Below are positions 39,189 to 49,146 of a DNA stretch of 64,000 nt, piece by piece. The notes under the pieces were generated by a model. It did no database searches, was not told where the DNA came from, and worked only from the letters and a program-made list of their open reading frames with translations. Numbering within the stretch: the stretch's first letter is position 1; each line of letters starts with the position of its first letter. The position numbers were made by a program, and so were the translations under genes. The DNA comes from Candidatus Poribacteria bacterium (GTDB lineage: Bacteria > Poribacteria > WGA-4E > WGA-3G), in assembly GCA_964291315.2 (NCBI GenBank), contig OZ219750.1, positions 384,001-448,000 of the forward strand, read 5' to 3'.

Positions 39189-40382
39189 ATGGATGATATT
39201 CCCCGGAAAATATTGATGTTCAATCACGAATTCCCACCGATCGGTGGCGGTGGCGGTTGGGTTAGCTATTTTTTAGGTAAACATTTTGCGGCAGCAGGAC
39301 ACGATGTACATCTGATTACTTCACAATTTCGTGGTTGTCCGAGAGAAGAGGAAGTTGAGGGTTTTCATGTGCATCGGGTGCGTGCGCTTCGGAAGAACCG
39401 GGATGTATGTGCGGTTCATGAGATGTTGACTTATGCGGTCAGCTCAAGTGTTTATGGACTTCGTTTCGCTAAGCGGTTTAAGCCCGATATCGTTCAAGTC
39501 TTTTTTGGTATTCCTGCCGGAGGAGGAGCGTATCTTTTGAAGAAATTCCGTAATGTACCGTATGTCGTGTTTTTAGGCGGGCGCGATGTGCCGCGCCGCA
39601 ATCCGGATCCTCCGTATTATCGCTGGCTATACTTACCGCTGAAGCCAATTATCCGATCGATTTGGAGCAACGCATCGATAGTTGTTGCTTGTAGCGCCGG
39701 TTTGCGTGAGCTTGCGCAAAAAACTGCTCCTGATGTGAAAATGCGTGTCATCCCGGATGGCTTAGACTTGGGTAGTTTCGAGCCTGCACCACGCAAGCCT
39801 TGTCTAGAGAGGGTTCGAATCCTCACTATCGGACGTCTCATTCCACGCAAGGGTTTCCAATTTCTGATCCGAGCGATTCCAGAAATCGTTGAAAATGCAG
39901 TCCACAACTTTGAAATTGAGATTGTCGGCGATGGACCCTATCAGAAAGATCTGCTGAAATTAGCGAATCAACTTGACGTAACTAAATATATCCGTTTTGC
40001 AGGTTCGGTGTCCTATTCGGAGCTACCGCAGAAATACCGGGAGGCTGACATCTTCATTTTGCCATCTCTTGCAGAAGGCATGCCGCTTGTCGTTTTAGAG
40101 GCAATGGGGACCGGGTTACCGATTGTTGCTAGCCGTGTTCAAGGTATTGAGGAACTCGTGGTAGAGGACGTTAACGGTGCACTTTTTGATCCAGGGGATG
40201 CTATTGGACTCGCGCGGAGCCTTGTCAAACTCATTAATGCAGGGCAGGGGCGTGTTGAAATGGGGAATGTCAGCGTTGAACGTGTTAAACCCTACGATTG
40301 GAAAAACATCTCCGCTGCTTACTTAACGCTTTATGCTGATATTTTGGGAAAAGATGCCAGTTGGTCTGATAGACATCAGTAG
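39189..40382 (+). CDS. GT4 glycosyltransferase
   Basis: EFPPIGGG, GRLIPRKG and EGMPLVVLEAM motifs. Confidence 0.92.
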   Translation: MDDIPRKILMFNHEFPPIGGGGGWVSYFLGKHFAAAGHDVHLITSQFRGCPREEEVEGFHVHRVRALRKNRDVCAVHEMLTYAVSSSVYGLRFAKRFKPDIVQVFFGIPAGGGAYLLKKFRNVPYVVFLGGRDVPRRNPDPPYYRWLYLPLKPIIRSIWSNASIVVACSAGLRELAQKTAPDVKMRVIPDGLDLGSFEPAPRKPCLERVRILTIGRLIPRKGFQFLIRAIPEIVENAVHNFEIEIVGDGPYQKDLLKLANQLDVTKYIRFAGSVSYSELPQKYREADIFILPSLAEGMPLVVLEAMGTGLPIVASRVQGIEELVVEDVNGALFDPGDAIGLARSLVKLINAGQGRVEMGNVSVERVKPYDWKNISAAYLTLYADILGKDASWSDRHQ

Positions 40383-40456
40383 GGTGTGTAGGGAATGAAA
40401 ACGTTTCGCCTGCCCCAAAGATCGGTGTTGACAACCGTAAAGAAGGACAATAATAG

Positions 40457-41911
40457 ATGCTTCCGATAAGAATCCTTGCCATCGGTGCGGGTGGTCTACA
40501 ACGCGCCTTGACACACGAATTTGTTCATATCCTTAACCAGCGCGATCTCTACAGTGGCGGTATCTTTATTGGGCAGCCGCGCGGCAGTGAGAAAGCGGAT
40601 GCCTTTAACAGACAAAACGGGGTGTACCACGTTGTCACATTCGATTTAAATGGTATCCACAACGTCCAAGAGGTGTCAAGTGTCGTTGGCGCGACGACTC
40701 TTGCTACAGAAGCCGGTCGTGAGCGATTTTATAATCAGACCGAGAAGCCGCTGGATCTTGTCCTTATCGGTGTAACCGAAGCCGGTATTGCTAAGGGCGA
40801 GTTGGCAATGGATGTTTTGGAGGAGACTCTCTATCGCTATTTTTCCCACCACGGTGCCGGTGCGACGCTCTGCGTTATTAACACCGATAATCTCCGAAAT
40901 AACGCGGACATTATTCGGGGTATTCTCTGTGATGAGTATCCGAACCGCAGCAGGGACTACACTGGGTGGTTAGAGACAAACGTCGGTTTCCTCAACGAGA
41001 TAGGAGACCGGCTTGTGCCGCAAGTCTACGCTGTGCCAGATGAAATTAGAGAGGAGGCACGGTTCCAAATTGGGATCCCCGATGAACTGATAACCTACGC
41101 TGAGAAGATGCCGGCGGCACCACTTATCTTGGAGGACTTGGGGGGCATGTTACGCGTTCCGTTTGGTGAACTTCAGGACTATGGTGTTGTTGTGAGTCGA
41201 GAAAGTATCGAACCGTATCATGATTGGAAATTGCTCTTGGTGAATTCTGTGCATGTACCGGGAATTACGCACAAAGGTGTACTTTCTGGTATAGCGGCCG
41301 TTAACCAAGCTGCGACACATCCCACTTTCGCGCCGCACCTTGAACGCCTCATGGAGGGTTATGCTCAGATTGTGGAAGCGGACATTCCGATACCGGGAAA
41401 GAGTGCAAGGGCATATACGTTGGAGTTTGTTGACCGTATCCGCAACGTTAAAGATGACAATGCTCGAATTAACATCATCGAAACTGTGAAGTTGCGCGAG
41501 CGCGCTGCAGACATCGTCCGCTCGCCAAACTACGGTACCAGCACGGAACTTTTTAAAACTGATTTCGCGTATTCCTTCGCAGCGGTGCTCCGATTTCTAA
41601 CGCCGCATGCGGTATCCGAGGTGGACACCTATAACGGCATCACTGATTCTGGCTCTGTGTATGAGATCCGGGACCCTGACCTGACAATACAGAACGTCCT
41701 GAACGGGGCATTTGGGGCAAGCCGCACGGATGTGACGGAACGCATTTCTGCCATTTTTTCTAATGCGATGTTGTGGTCGCCTGCTGGGACTATATCACCG
41801 GCCGGTTTGGACGAGAATCAGGATTTTATGGGACGCGTCGTGAAATATTATCATCGATTAGTTAGCGGAGAAACGTGTCTTGAAGTTTTAGAAAGTATTA
41901 ATGGCACATAA
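40457..41911 (+). CDS. Mannitol-dehydrogenase-family oxidoreductase (UxaB/tagaturonate reductase-like, divergent)
   Basis: IGAGGLQRA, TEAGI, DNLRNNA, GDRLVP and WKLLLVNSVH correspond to motifs of this family. Confidence 0.68.
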   Translation: MLPIRILAIGAGGLQRALTHEFVHILNQRDLYSGGIFIGQPRGSEKADAFNRQNGVYHVVTFDLNGIHNVQEVSSVVGATTLATEAGRERFYNQTEKPLDLVLIGVTEAGIAKGELAMDVLEETLYRYFSHHGAGATLCVINTDNLRNNADIIRGILCDEYPNRSRDYTGWLETNVGFLNEIGDRLVPQVYAVPDEIREEARFQIGIPDELITYAEKMPAAPLILEDLGGMLRVPFGELQDYGVVVSRESIEPYHDWKLLLVNSVHVPGITHKGVLSGIAAVNQAATHPTFAPHLERLMEGYAQIVEADIPIPGKSARAYTLEFVDRIRNVKDDNARINIIETVKLRERAADIVRSPNYGTSTELFKTDFAYSFAAVLRFLTPHAVSEVDTYNGITDSGSVYEIRDPDLTIQNVLNGAFGASRTDVTERISAIFSNAMLWSPAGTISPAGLDENQDFMGRVVKYYHRLVSGETCLEVLESINGT

Positions 41912-42052
41912 CCGTCAGCAGCCAGTTAATAATTAACGGTTTTCAGTCTCTAGTTATCAAGATAGAGACTTTGTAAAATTTAAGTATATTGTCCTTACCG
42001 TAATACTTGATTGACGACTGACGGCTATTCTGAAAGCTGGCAGCTGATAACG
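41912..42052. repeat. Heptamer-armed imperfect inverted repeat between convergent genes
   Basis: Left arms CCGTCAGCAGCCAG and CGGTTTTCAGTCTCTAGTTATCAAG; right arms CTTGATTGACGACTGACGG and CTGAAAGCTGGCAGCTGATAACG. Confidence 0.6.
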
Positions 42053-42054
42053 AA

Positions 42055-43002
42055 TTAAAGCGAAATAACGCCTTTTTTGCGTTGCAGGACGGCCTCGTAG
42101 AACTGCATGGTGCCGACACAGTCGTGGATGCTTGAGACGGGCTCTCGGTCTTCACGGATAGCCGTGACAAATTCGGTGAGGCTGATACCGTCCCCTGTTA
42201 GTTCTCCGTTACGCTGGTCGGAAAAATTTGAGGTGAAGGTATTCCCGGATTCTGTGTAGTGTTGGGCACCCCACAATCCATCTAAGACGATGTATTCGTG
42301 TTGTCCGGTAATTTCGATATAGTCGTAGTTGCGCTGCCATAGGCGTTGACTGTTTAGTTGTAAGCTTCCTACTGCACCGTTTGTGTATTCTACGGCGACA
42401 GCAAATGCGCCTTGTCCATCAACTTCATTGCAAAAAACGCTGAGTTCCTTCACGTCCGCACCGGCGATGTACCGCGCTAAATCGAAATGGTGGATGGCAA
42501 AATCGAGCAGATAACTTTTGATTGTCGGATATTTCCCACTACAGAAAGAGCAGAAAAGTTGTGTGAGCTGTCCGAAGGGTTTGGTCTGCATAATTTGCTT
42601 TGCTTTTCGAACACCGAGGCTAAACCGGCGTTGAAAATTCACCATTAGTGTTTTGCCGTGTTGTTCTGCTGTTTCTGCCAAAGCGATAGTTTCTGCAAGA
42701 GAAGGGGCCGGAGGTTTCGGAACAAAGACATGATAGCCGGCAGCGAGCGTTTCAAGCACGAGCGGTTGTCGTGGATCGGGTCCCATGCAGATGACGACAG
42801 CCTCAAGGTCTTCCTTTTCAAACATTTCATGCCGATCGGTGTAGTATCTACCTGTTCCGAATTTACCGGCAGCATCTTTTGCCCGATTTTCATCGGCATC
42901 GCAAACGGCTTGCAATGCGACAGGGGCGAGGTGAAGGGCGGGATAAATAGTGTGTCTTGCAAAACCGCCGGCACCGAGAAATCCAATCCGAAGAGGTTCC
43001 AT
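42055..43002 (-). CDS. Gfo/Idh/MocA-family oxidoreductase
   Basis: IGFLGAGG, HVFVPKPP (EKP variant), NFQRRF and DFAIHHFD. Start set at MEPLRIG after AAGGAA. Confidence 0.9.
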   Translation of the reverse strand: MEPLRIGFLGAGGFARHTIYPALHLAPVALQAVCDADENRAKDAAGKFGTGRYYTDRHEMFEKEDLEAVVICMGPDPRQPLVLETLAAGYHVFVPKPPAPSLAETIALAETAEQHGKTLMVNFQRRFSLGVRKAKQIMQTKPFGQLTQLFCSFCSGKYPTIKSYLLDFAIHHFDLARYIAGADVKELSVFCNEVDGQGAFAVAVEYTNGAVGSLQLNSQRLWQRNYDYIEITGQHEYIVLDGLWGAQHYTESGNTFTSNFSDQRNGELTGDGISLTEFVTAIREDREPVSSIHDCVGTMQFYEAVLQRKKGVISL

Positions 43003-43363
43003 ATCTGTTTCCTTTTTTGGCTGTCGACTAAGCAACGGTATCAACGGTTTATAGTATTCCCCGGGTTTTCAGGGGCGAAAGGTGTAGCAGTTGTGTATCA
43101 CTTTCTGCCATAAAATACTTTCGCTGGCTGCTAACAGCCAACCGCTATTTTGCTGACAGCTATTGAAGATATAAGTTTATTTGGAATTTAGCACAACTTT
43201 CGAGATCTGTAAAGAATTTTTTTTATTTTTCTATTCGGCAGGTGTGAGAAATTTCAATTCAACCTAATTGTGGAAATTATGTCAAAGGATAAAATACAGA
43301 ATTTCTGGTTGCTGCAGTTATTATACAAAAATGAGATAGGGACAAAAGAGAGAATGAGAGAGA

Positions 43364-44755
43364 ATGTTTAAGAAAGCAGGGTACCAACGGAGAAACTTTC
43401 GATTTGCGCTGCTTCAAGGTACCTTCATGCGTATTAACTTGGCTTTTGCGGATTCATCGACTGTGCTTCCTGCTTTTATCCATAAGTTAAGTGGTTCGGA
43501 CCTCCTTGTAGGTTTAACTGGTTCAATGATGACAGTTGGTTGGATGTGGCCCCAGCTGCTGATATCAAACCTGCTTGAACATCGTCCACGCAAAATGCCA
43601 TTCTACGTACTGGGCATGAGCGTTCGTGTTTTGGCATGGCTCGCTATCTTTTTCTCTACTATTGTGATTGGTGAGCGAAGTCCGATGTTGCTTGCGGGCT
43701 GTTTCTTGTGCCTCTATTTTGTGTCCTCCTCTGCGATGGGCGTTTCGACGCTGCCTTACATGGACATTGTTTCTAAAGCGATAGCGCCGCCGCAGCGCGC
43801 TCGTTTCTTTAGTTTACGCCAACTGTATGGTGGTTTTTTTGCGATCTGGGTCGGTTTCTTGGTTCGCGCCGTGCTCGGAGATGAATCCGAATTTACGGGC
43901 ATACTCGGAAATATTACGCGAGCGTTTAGAACGTTCACCATTTATTTTATTGGTGTTGTTTGTCGCGTGGAAACGGATCTTGGATTCCCGTATAACTACT
44001 CTTTTCTCTTTATCTGTTCGGTGATGGCGGCGTTCTTTTCTTTCATTAGTTTCTTAGGAGTACGTGAACCTATTCATCCAGTCCAACCATCCCGAAAACC
44101 TATCTCACAACACTTGAAACAGGGTTTGTACTTTCTACAGACAGACCATAATTATAGAAGGTTCATCCTCTTCCGCGTCTTTGCACATTTCTCTGGGATG
44201 GCCACGCCCTTCTATATGCCTTATGCTCTGAATGAACTTGAGTTTTCAGAAGCGACGATGGGTTTTTTCATTGTGTGTTCTGCTCTGAGCGGTGTAATTT
44301 CAAACACAACCTGGGGATATATTGGCGAGAAATATGGCGTTCGCTCGTTACTGATTATCGCAGCGGGCTTGATGGGTATTCCTCCTGCTCTCGCCTTTTC
44401 TTCGAGTATATTGCCTGTTTCATTACAGATACCTGCTTTCTTTATGATTTTTATAGTTGGTGGTATTCTGTCAAACGGTACGATGGTAGGTTTTATGGCG
44501 TACATGCTGAATCTCGCCCCACCACGGAATCGTCCGAGTTACATCGGTTTCATGAACACTTTGCTCCTGCCTGTGAGTTTTGCGCCGCTTCTTGGAGGGG
44601 TTATAGCACCGCGTGTCGGTTATCAGTGGTTGTTTGCTATTTCGATGGGTATTTGCATCGCGGCCTTTTACAGTGGGATGAAGCTGGAAGAGGTTATGCA
44701 AGAAAATGAGGTGACAGAGGAACCCGAAGACGAAAAATTAGATCACGGTTCTTAA
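43364..44755 (+). CDS. MFS transporter
   Basis: About 12 TM segments with an MFS-like layout. Confidence 0.85.
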   Translation: MFKKAGYQRRNFRFALLQGTFMRINLAFADSSTVLPAFIHKLSGSDLLVGLTGSMMTVGWMWPQLLISNLLEHRPRKMPFYVLGMSVRVLAWLAIFFSTIVIGERSPMLLAGCFLCLYFVSSSAMGVSTLPYMDIVSKAIAPPQRARFFSLRQLYGGFFAIWVGFLVRAVLGDESEFTGILGNITRAFRTFTIYFIGVVCRVETDLGFPYNYSFLFICSVMAAFFSFISFLGVREPIHPVQPSRKPISQHLKQGLYFLQTDHNYRRFILFRVFAHFSGMATPFYMPYALNELEFSEATMGFFIVCSALSGVISNTTWGYIGEKYGVRSLLIIAAGLMGIPPALAFSSSILPVSLQIPAFFMIFIVGGILSNGTMVGFMAYMLNLAPPRNRPSYIGFMNTLLLPVSFAPLLGGVIAPRVGYQWLFAISMGICIAAFYSGMKLEEVMQENEVTEEPEDEKLDHGS

Positions 44756-45020
44756 AAATCTCTCCACGATTTCTTTCCAAATGAAGCTGCTGCTTTAATA
44801 GTAAAATAGAAAACCTCACTATACCGCGTTGAGGGTGTTGACAACTCTTTCAAAAATCCTTATTCTGACAGTTCGCTGCTAAAATTTGATACCCCCAGAA
44901 ATTCTTATCCAATTTGTAAGCTTCAGGTTATAATAACAAACGCAGACACTATGCGTCTGCATCTGATACCGAGCGAAATGGGGCGGTGAATATAAAATCT
45001 AACTGTAAGAATCAAGTTAA

Positions 45021-45715
45021 GTGCAGAGCAACATGCATCAATTAATGTGGATAGAACGGAGTTTGTTCTGTGTAATTTTCTGCGTTATAGCATTCGCGGC
45101 AGGCCCCTTGGCCTCCTATGCAGAATACCGGGTGGGCATTGGGAAGGTAGTTCTTTCTGTTGATAGTGCCGACTGGCGCGGTACTATCGGGATTCCTCTG
45201 CAAGGAGCAGAATCTTTCCTGCTCTTTGAAATTTACGTTGAAGAAAACGAGGACAGGGTAGATGTTAAGTTTCCATTCGTAGGGTGCCTGGGAATCCGAC
45301 CTTTGATGGACTGCCAAGCCGAGTCATTAGTGGTAGGTTCAGTCAAGGCATTGCTAAATTCAGTTTCCGCATGTCCTTTGAGGTTGTCGCCTGAGACCAC
45401 AAGAACCGAAGCCTGATTTCCTTACCAAATCGACGATGTTTTATTTGAGGGGCTGTCGTCCTTTCTGGCACCTTGACAGTGCATCTGAGGTCTGGTCCCT
45501 TTCCCTCGGTGCCCTCATCTCCGGTAGCGGTTTGCAGAACCCAGGCGAGCCTGTGTTTGACCCCCCTTTTTGGGTGCTTGCTGATCACTTAAGCCGCGCA
45601 GGTGTTGCTGTACTTCGTATTGATGATCCCGGCATCGGTAAATCAACACGGCATCCTAGAAAAAACAACAGCGGATGTCGCAACTGATGCAGAGGCGGGT
45701 GTAGCGTTTCTCAGA
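45021..45715 (+). pseudogene. Degraded secreted alpha/beta hydrolase
   Basis: LISGSGLQNPGE...PFWVLADHLSRAGVAVLRIDDPGIGKS remnant; split across frames and truncated before the nucleophile motif. Confidence 0.7.
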
Positions 45716-45807
45716 GTTTTTCTGCTCAGTTTTCAATTCTTTCCGATCTTCGAAGAGTTGACACTCTCAGAATTATAAGAGTTAAAAGCCTTAATGATAA
45801 TGTGAGT

Positions 45808-45871
45808 TTGATAAATACTTGGCCAATTTTTGTCCAAAGAGAGTATTGTGGTGCAATGAAGCTATCAAATG
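45808..45871. repeat. 64-bp imperfect direct repeat, copy A (downstream of mod)
   Basis: Ungapped manual alignment to 47921..47984 gives 53/64 identical. Confidence 0.85.
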
Positions 45872-45878
45872 AGTTTGT

Positions 45879-47880
45879 TCATAGCGGTTTGCTGTAAAAC
45901 ACCCTATTCAACGTCTTATCTGCCTCACTGACCTGAAATGTTTCGTCTTCTATTTCAGAGAGATGCACATACAACTGGTTCTTATCCAATAACTCCGCTA
46001 ACAGCCGCTTCTGTTGCTCAACGTCCTTGATAGCGCTAAAGTGTGCTTCGGCCCCCTCCGGGGCATCAGGGGTGATGTACCAATTGAGAGCGGAGTCTTC
46101 TGCCATATCGCGCCAGATGTCTAGCAGCTCTGCAGAAGTGGTTGCGAACTGGATCCGCTCCATGAAAACTTGGTTGTAAGGCATTAGCTCACAGGATATG
46201 AAATTCTCGCCGAGGAGTTTCTCTTTTTCAATGACTTTCCGGAGTCGTTCTTTGCAAACGGCTATGTGCTTTTCCAGCTGCTCTACCAGTATAAACTGCC
46301 GATTGCCGCTATCGTGTTTGTTCAGTTCTAAGACCGCATGTCCTGTAGTGCCTGAACCCGCAAAGAAGTCAAGCACAATGTCGTCTTCATTTGTTGTGAG
46401 TTTCAATATATCTGAAACAGTATATAGAGATTTGGGATAACTTACTTCAACTCGTCTACCGAGAAGCTTTTCTAATAAAAGGGTTCCATGGGAGGTTGCG
46501 TTGTACTTTGGAGCTACCCAGTGCGTCGTGATAATTTGCTGTTCCCTAAATTTCCTATAGATTACTATTTTCTTTTTTTCGCGTTTTATAACGACCTCAT
46601 TATCTTCAAAACGTTTCAGAAAGGTTTCTGGTTTTGTTACCCAAGTCATCTCCCGCCCGGTGTTTGTTACTGGAAAGATTTCTTCATAACCTTCAGCTTT
46701 CTCCAATGAAACGGTGCTGAGGTCATTGCTGACATAGATTGGATACCAATATGCAGGTTTATCTTCTCTTGTACATCCGCGACTTCCACCTTGAACCATA
46801 ATGTAGTTTTTTAAGTAATAATTCCCCTTCTCATCTTTCAAATTGAATTTTTTCTTCTTCTCTTCATCGATCACTACATTTTTTATGTTGATTCCGGTAG
46901 TCCTTGTATAAATTAACATAAACTCATTACTCGCTGAGAAGCCTTTGTCCATATTACGACCTCTTGCTTGATGGACCACTGAAACTACCGCTAACTTGTT
47001 CTTTCTTCCAAAAACTTCATCCGCTAGTACTCCCAAATAAAAAAGTTCATGATGATCAATAGCAATAGCAATGAATCCATCAGGGGTCAGCAATTCTCTT
47101 GCAACCTCTAACCTATTTTTCATAAACGTCAGCCACGTTGAGTGATTAAAAGCGTTGTTGTAGGTAAAGGTCTCCGATGAACCACCCGTATTATACGGCG
47201 GGTCTATGTAAATGAGTTTGACCCGCCCGCGAAATTGCTCTTTAAGGGTGTGCAGGACAATCAGGTTGTTGCCTTTGATGACAAGGTTCTCACGGATAAC
47301 ACCGGCATCATCTCGCTTCAGTTTGAGAGTTCCGTTTTCTATGTGCTTATCACAGATTACCCCCCCCGCTCTTATCAACCTCTCCTCCCATCGCCCTAAC
47401 ACCATGACGCTCCCAACACGTCAGAACCTTCGCATCAAACATACGATCTATCTCATCCGGCGCCAGAACCTCATTGAAGAATATCTCTTCACGTCTCTCC
47501 TCTTCATGTATCTGACCGCCTTCCAATATACAATCCTTATACGGCCAGACCAAAGCGACTTCCCCCCGCTCACGCAGATATTTGCCATCAATATTCAAAC
47601 CTATTCTATTACGGAACTGGGTATAGGAATCGGCAAAGAAGTTCTTATCCGTGATATAATCAACGAAGGTGTTGTTATCGAAGATCCAACGTCCTGCTAT
47701 CTCTTTGAAGAACTTCACCGCTATTTCTTCTTCTGTGGAGAGCAGGCTGATCAGCTCGGGGTCGAGTTTCCAAGCCCGTTCTCTGACGCTTGCACGCTGG
47801 AGTGCTCCGGTAGCATCAACAAAGTTAGAGTTGGTTTCAAGAAGTCTCATCAGTTTTTGGTCAAAACGTTTCTTTGACAT
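45879..47880 (-). pseudogene. mod: Type III R-M Mod DNA methyltransferase, frameshifted at a G8 tract (possibly phase-variable OFF)
   Basis: ORF 47350..47880 is the Mod N-terminus (LVWPYKDCILEGGQ...EIFFNEVLAPDEIDRMFDAKV). ORF 45879..47405 carries NLVIKGNNL, YIDPPYNTG and LDFFAGSGTT. Removing one G at 47360..47367 fuses the two. Confidence 0.88.
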
Positions 47881-47920
47881 ATAGATACATCCTTTTTGTC
47901 TTCCTGTGAGCTAATATGAG

Positions 47921-47984
47921 TTGATAAATACTTGGTCAATTTTTGTATAAAGCGAGTCTTCTGGTGTGATGAGGTCATCAAATG
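47921..47984. repeat. 64-bp imperfect direct repeat, copy B (upstream of mod)
   Basis: Matches 45808..45871. Confidence 0.85.
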
Positions 47985-48011
47985 TTGTCTTGAAAGGGAG
48001 TTCTCTGATGG

Positions 48012-48040
48012 ATTATACCACTATTCTGTGAAATAGACAA
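48012..48040 (-). promoter_or_regulatory. Promoter upstream of mod, TTGTCT-17-TATAAT
   Basis: Minus-strand hexamers with 17-bp spacing and an extended TG. Confidence 0.6.
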
Positions 48041-48481
48041 CTTTTTTCTCCGTTATGAGCAAAGCTGTTTAGGTTTCACTATTCCTTCTATTTTTGATCC
48101 AAGCAGAGCTAGTGTGCCTTTCACGTACTGATCTATTGAAAACTGTAGAATCCAATACCTTCTCGGCGTTGATGATTTATCAGCTCTCGGAGAATAAACC
48201 GGTTCTGAACTTCTCCGAGCTTCAGCATGGACAGGATTTTACTAAGCATCTCTAAACTTTTTTCAAACTCATGTTATTATACCAAAGAGCACCGACTTCC
48301 GTTATTCCCGACCTGATCGATTAATTTGACTGACGAGCAGCGTAAAGTCGCTGAATTCGTGCAGAACAAGGCCCTAGCAGGTGATAAGGTGCTTTTTATC
48401 ATGCTTTCTGGTAGGCATAAACCGCCGTGGGAAGAGTGGCAAGCCAGCCTTCGTACGATGTGGCTTTGAAGTCAAGTTTAC

Positions 48482-49027
48482 TTAAAAATAGGCATGTATG
48501 CCTGATCCTACATAGACACCGGCAAGCCCCTTAGATTGAAATTCGGTTTTTTCCCTGCCGAATCCTTGACCTACTTCTACGTTCAAACCGAGGGGGATCC
48601 CACCAAGTGAAAACACAAGCTCGCCGCCGAAAGCAATTCCACCGCCTAACCTTGTGGTCAAACTGTTTTTATGTGTTTCATACTGTGAGATAGGATCTCC
48701 TGTTCTTTTTTCATAATGCCAAGCACCTTCTAACGTGAAGTAGAGTCGTGCTATGTTCCATTTGCTTTGATGTTCAAATATGGCATACGAAATGCCAGCT
48801 CCTAACATGTGATCGTTGTTCTGGTCCTTGAGAATAAAACGGCCAACGGTTTGAAGGTATACGGGTGCGAGGCCGGTATAGCGAAAACTAATTCCACCAA
48901 AGGCAGGAGTTGCTCCCTGGATGCCGATCCCGAAACTTTTGGTGAAATCAGCTGCTTGTACCTGAGTCGCAAAACTAAGGGGTATTCCTATGAAAATGCA
49001 TGTTAGGCAAAAAATTGTACTTTTCAC
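48482..49027 (-). CDS. Small outer-membrane beta-barrel-like protein
   Basis: Signal peptide (VQA), alternating Gly/aromatic strands and a C-terminal ...GIHAYF Phe. Confidence 0.7.
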   Translation of the reverse strand: MKSTIFCLTCIFIGIPLSFATQVQAADFTKSFGIGIQGATPAFGGISFRYTGLAPVYLQTVGRFILKDQNNDHMLGAGISYAIFEHQSKWNIARLYFTLEGAWHYEKRTGDPISQYETHKNSLTTRLGGGIAFGGELVFSLGGIPLGLNVEVGQGFGREKTEFQSKGLAGVYVGSGIHAYF

Positions 49028-49051
49028 TGTTTTTTTCCCTTTTTTTAATGA

Positions 49052-49130
49052 CTATCGGTTGTCGGTTAGCAGTAAAGAAAGATGTTTGAAATCCCCACAG
49101 ATTTCCCTATTGACAACCGGCAACTGAGAG
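49052..49130. repeat. Heptamer-armed imperfect inverted repeat
   Basis: CTATCGGTTGTCGGTTAGCAGTAAAG pairs with CTATTGACAACCGGCAACTGAGAG. Confidence 0.62.
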
Positions 49131-49146
49131 TTGACAGATATTTCAT

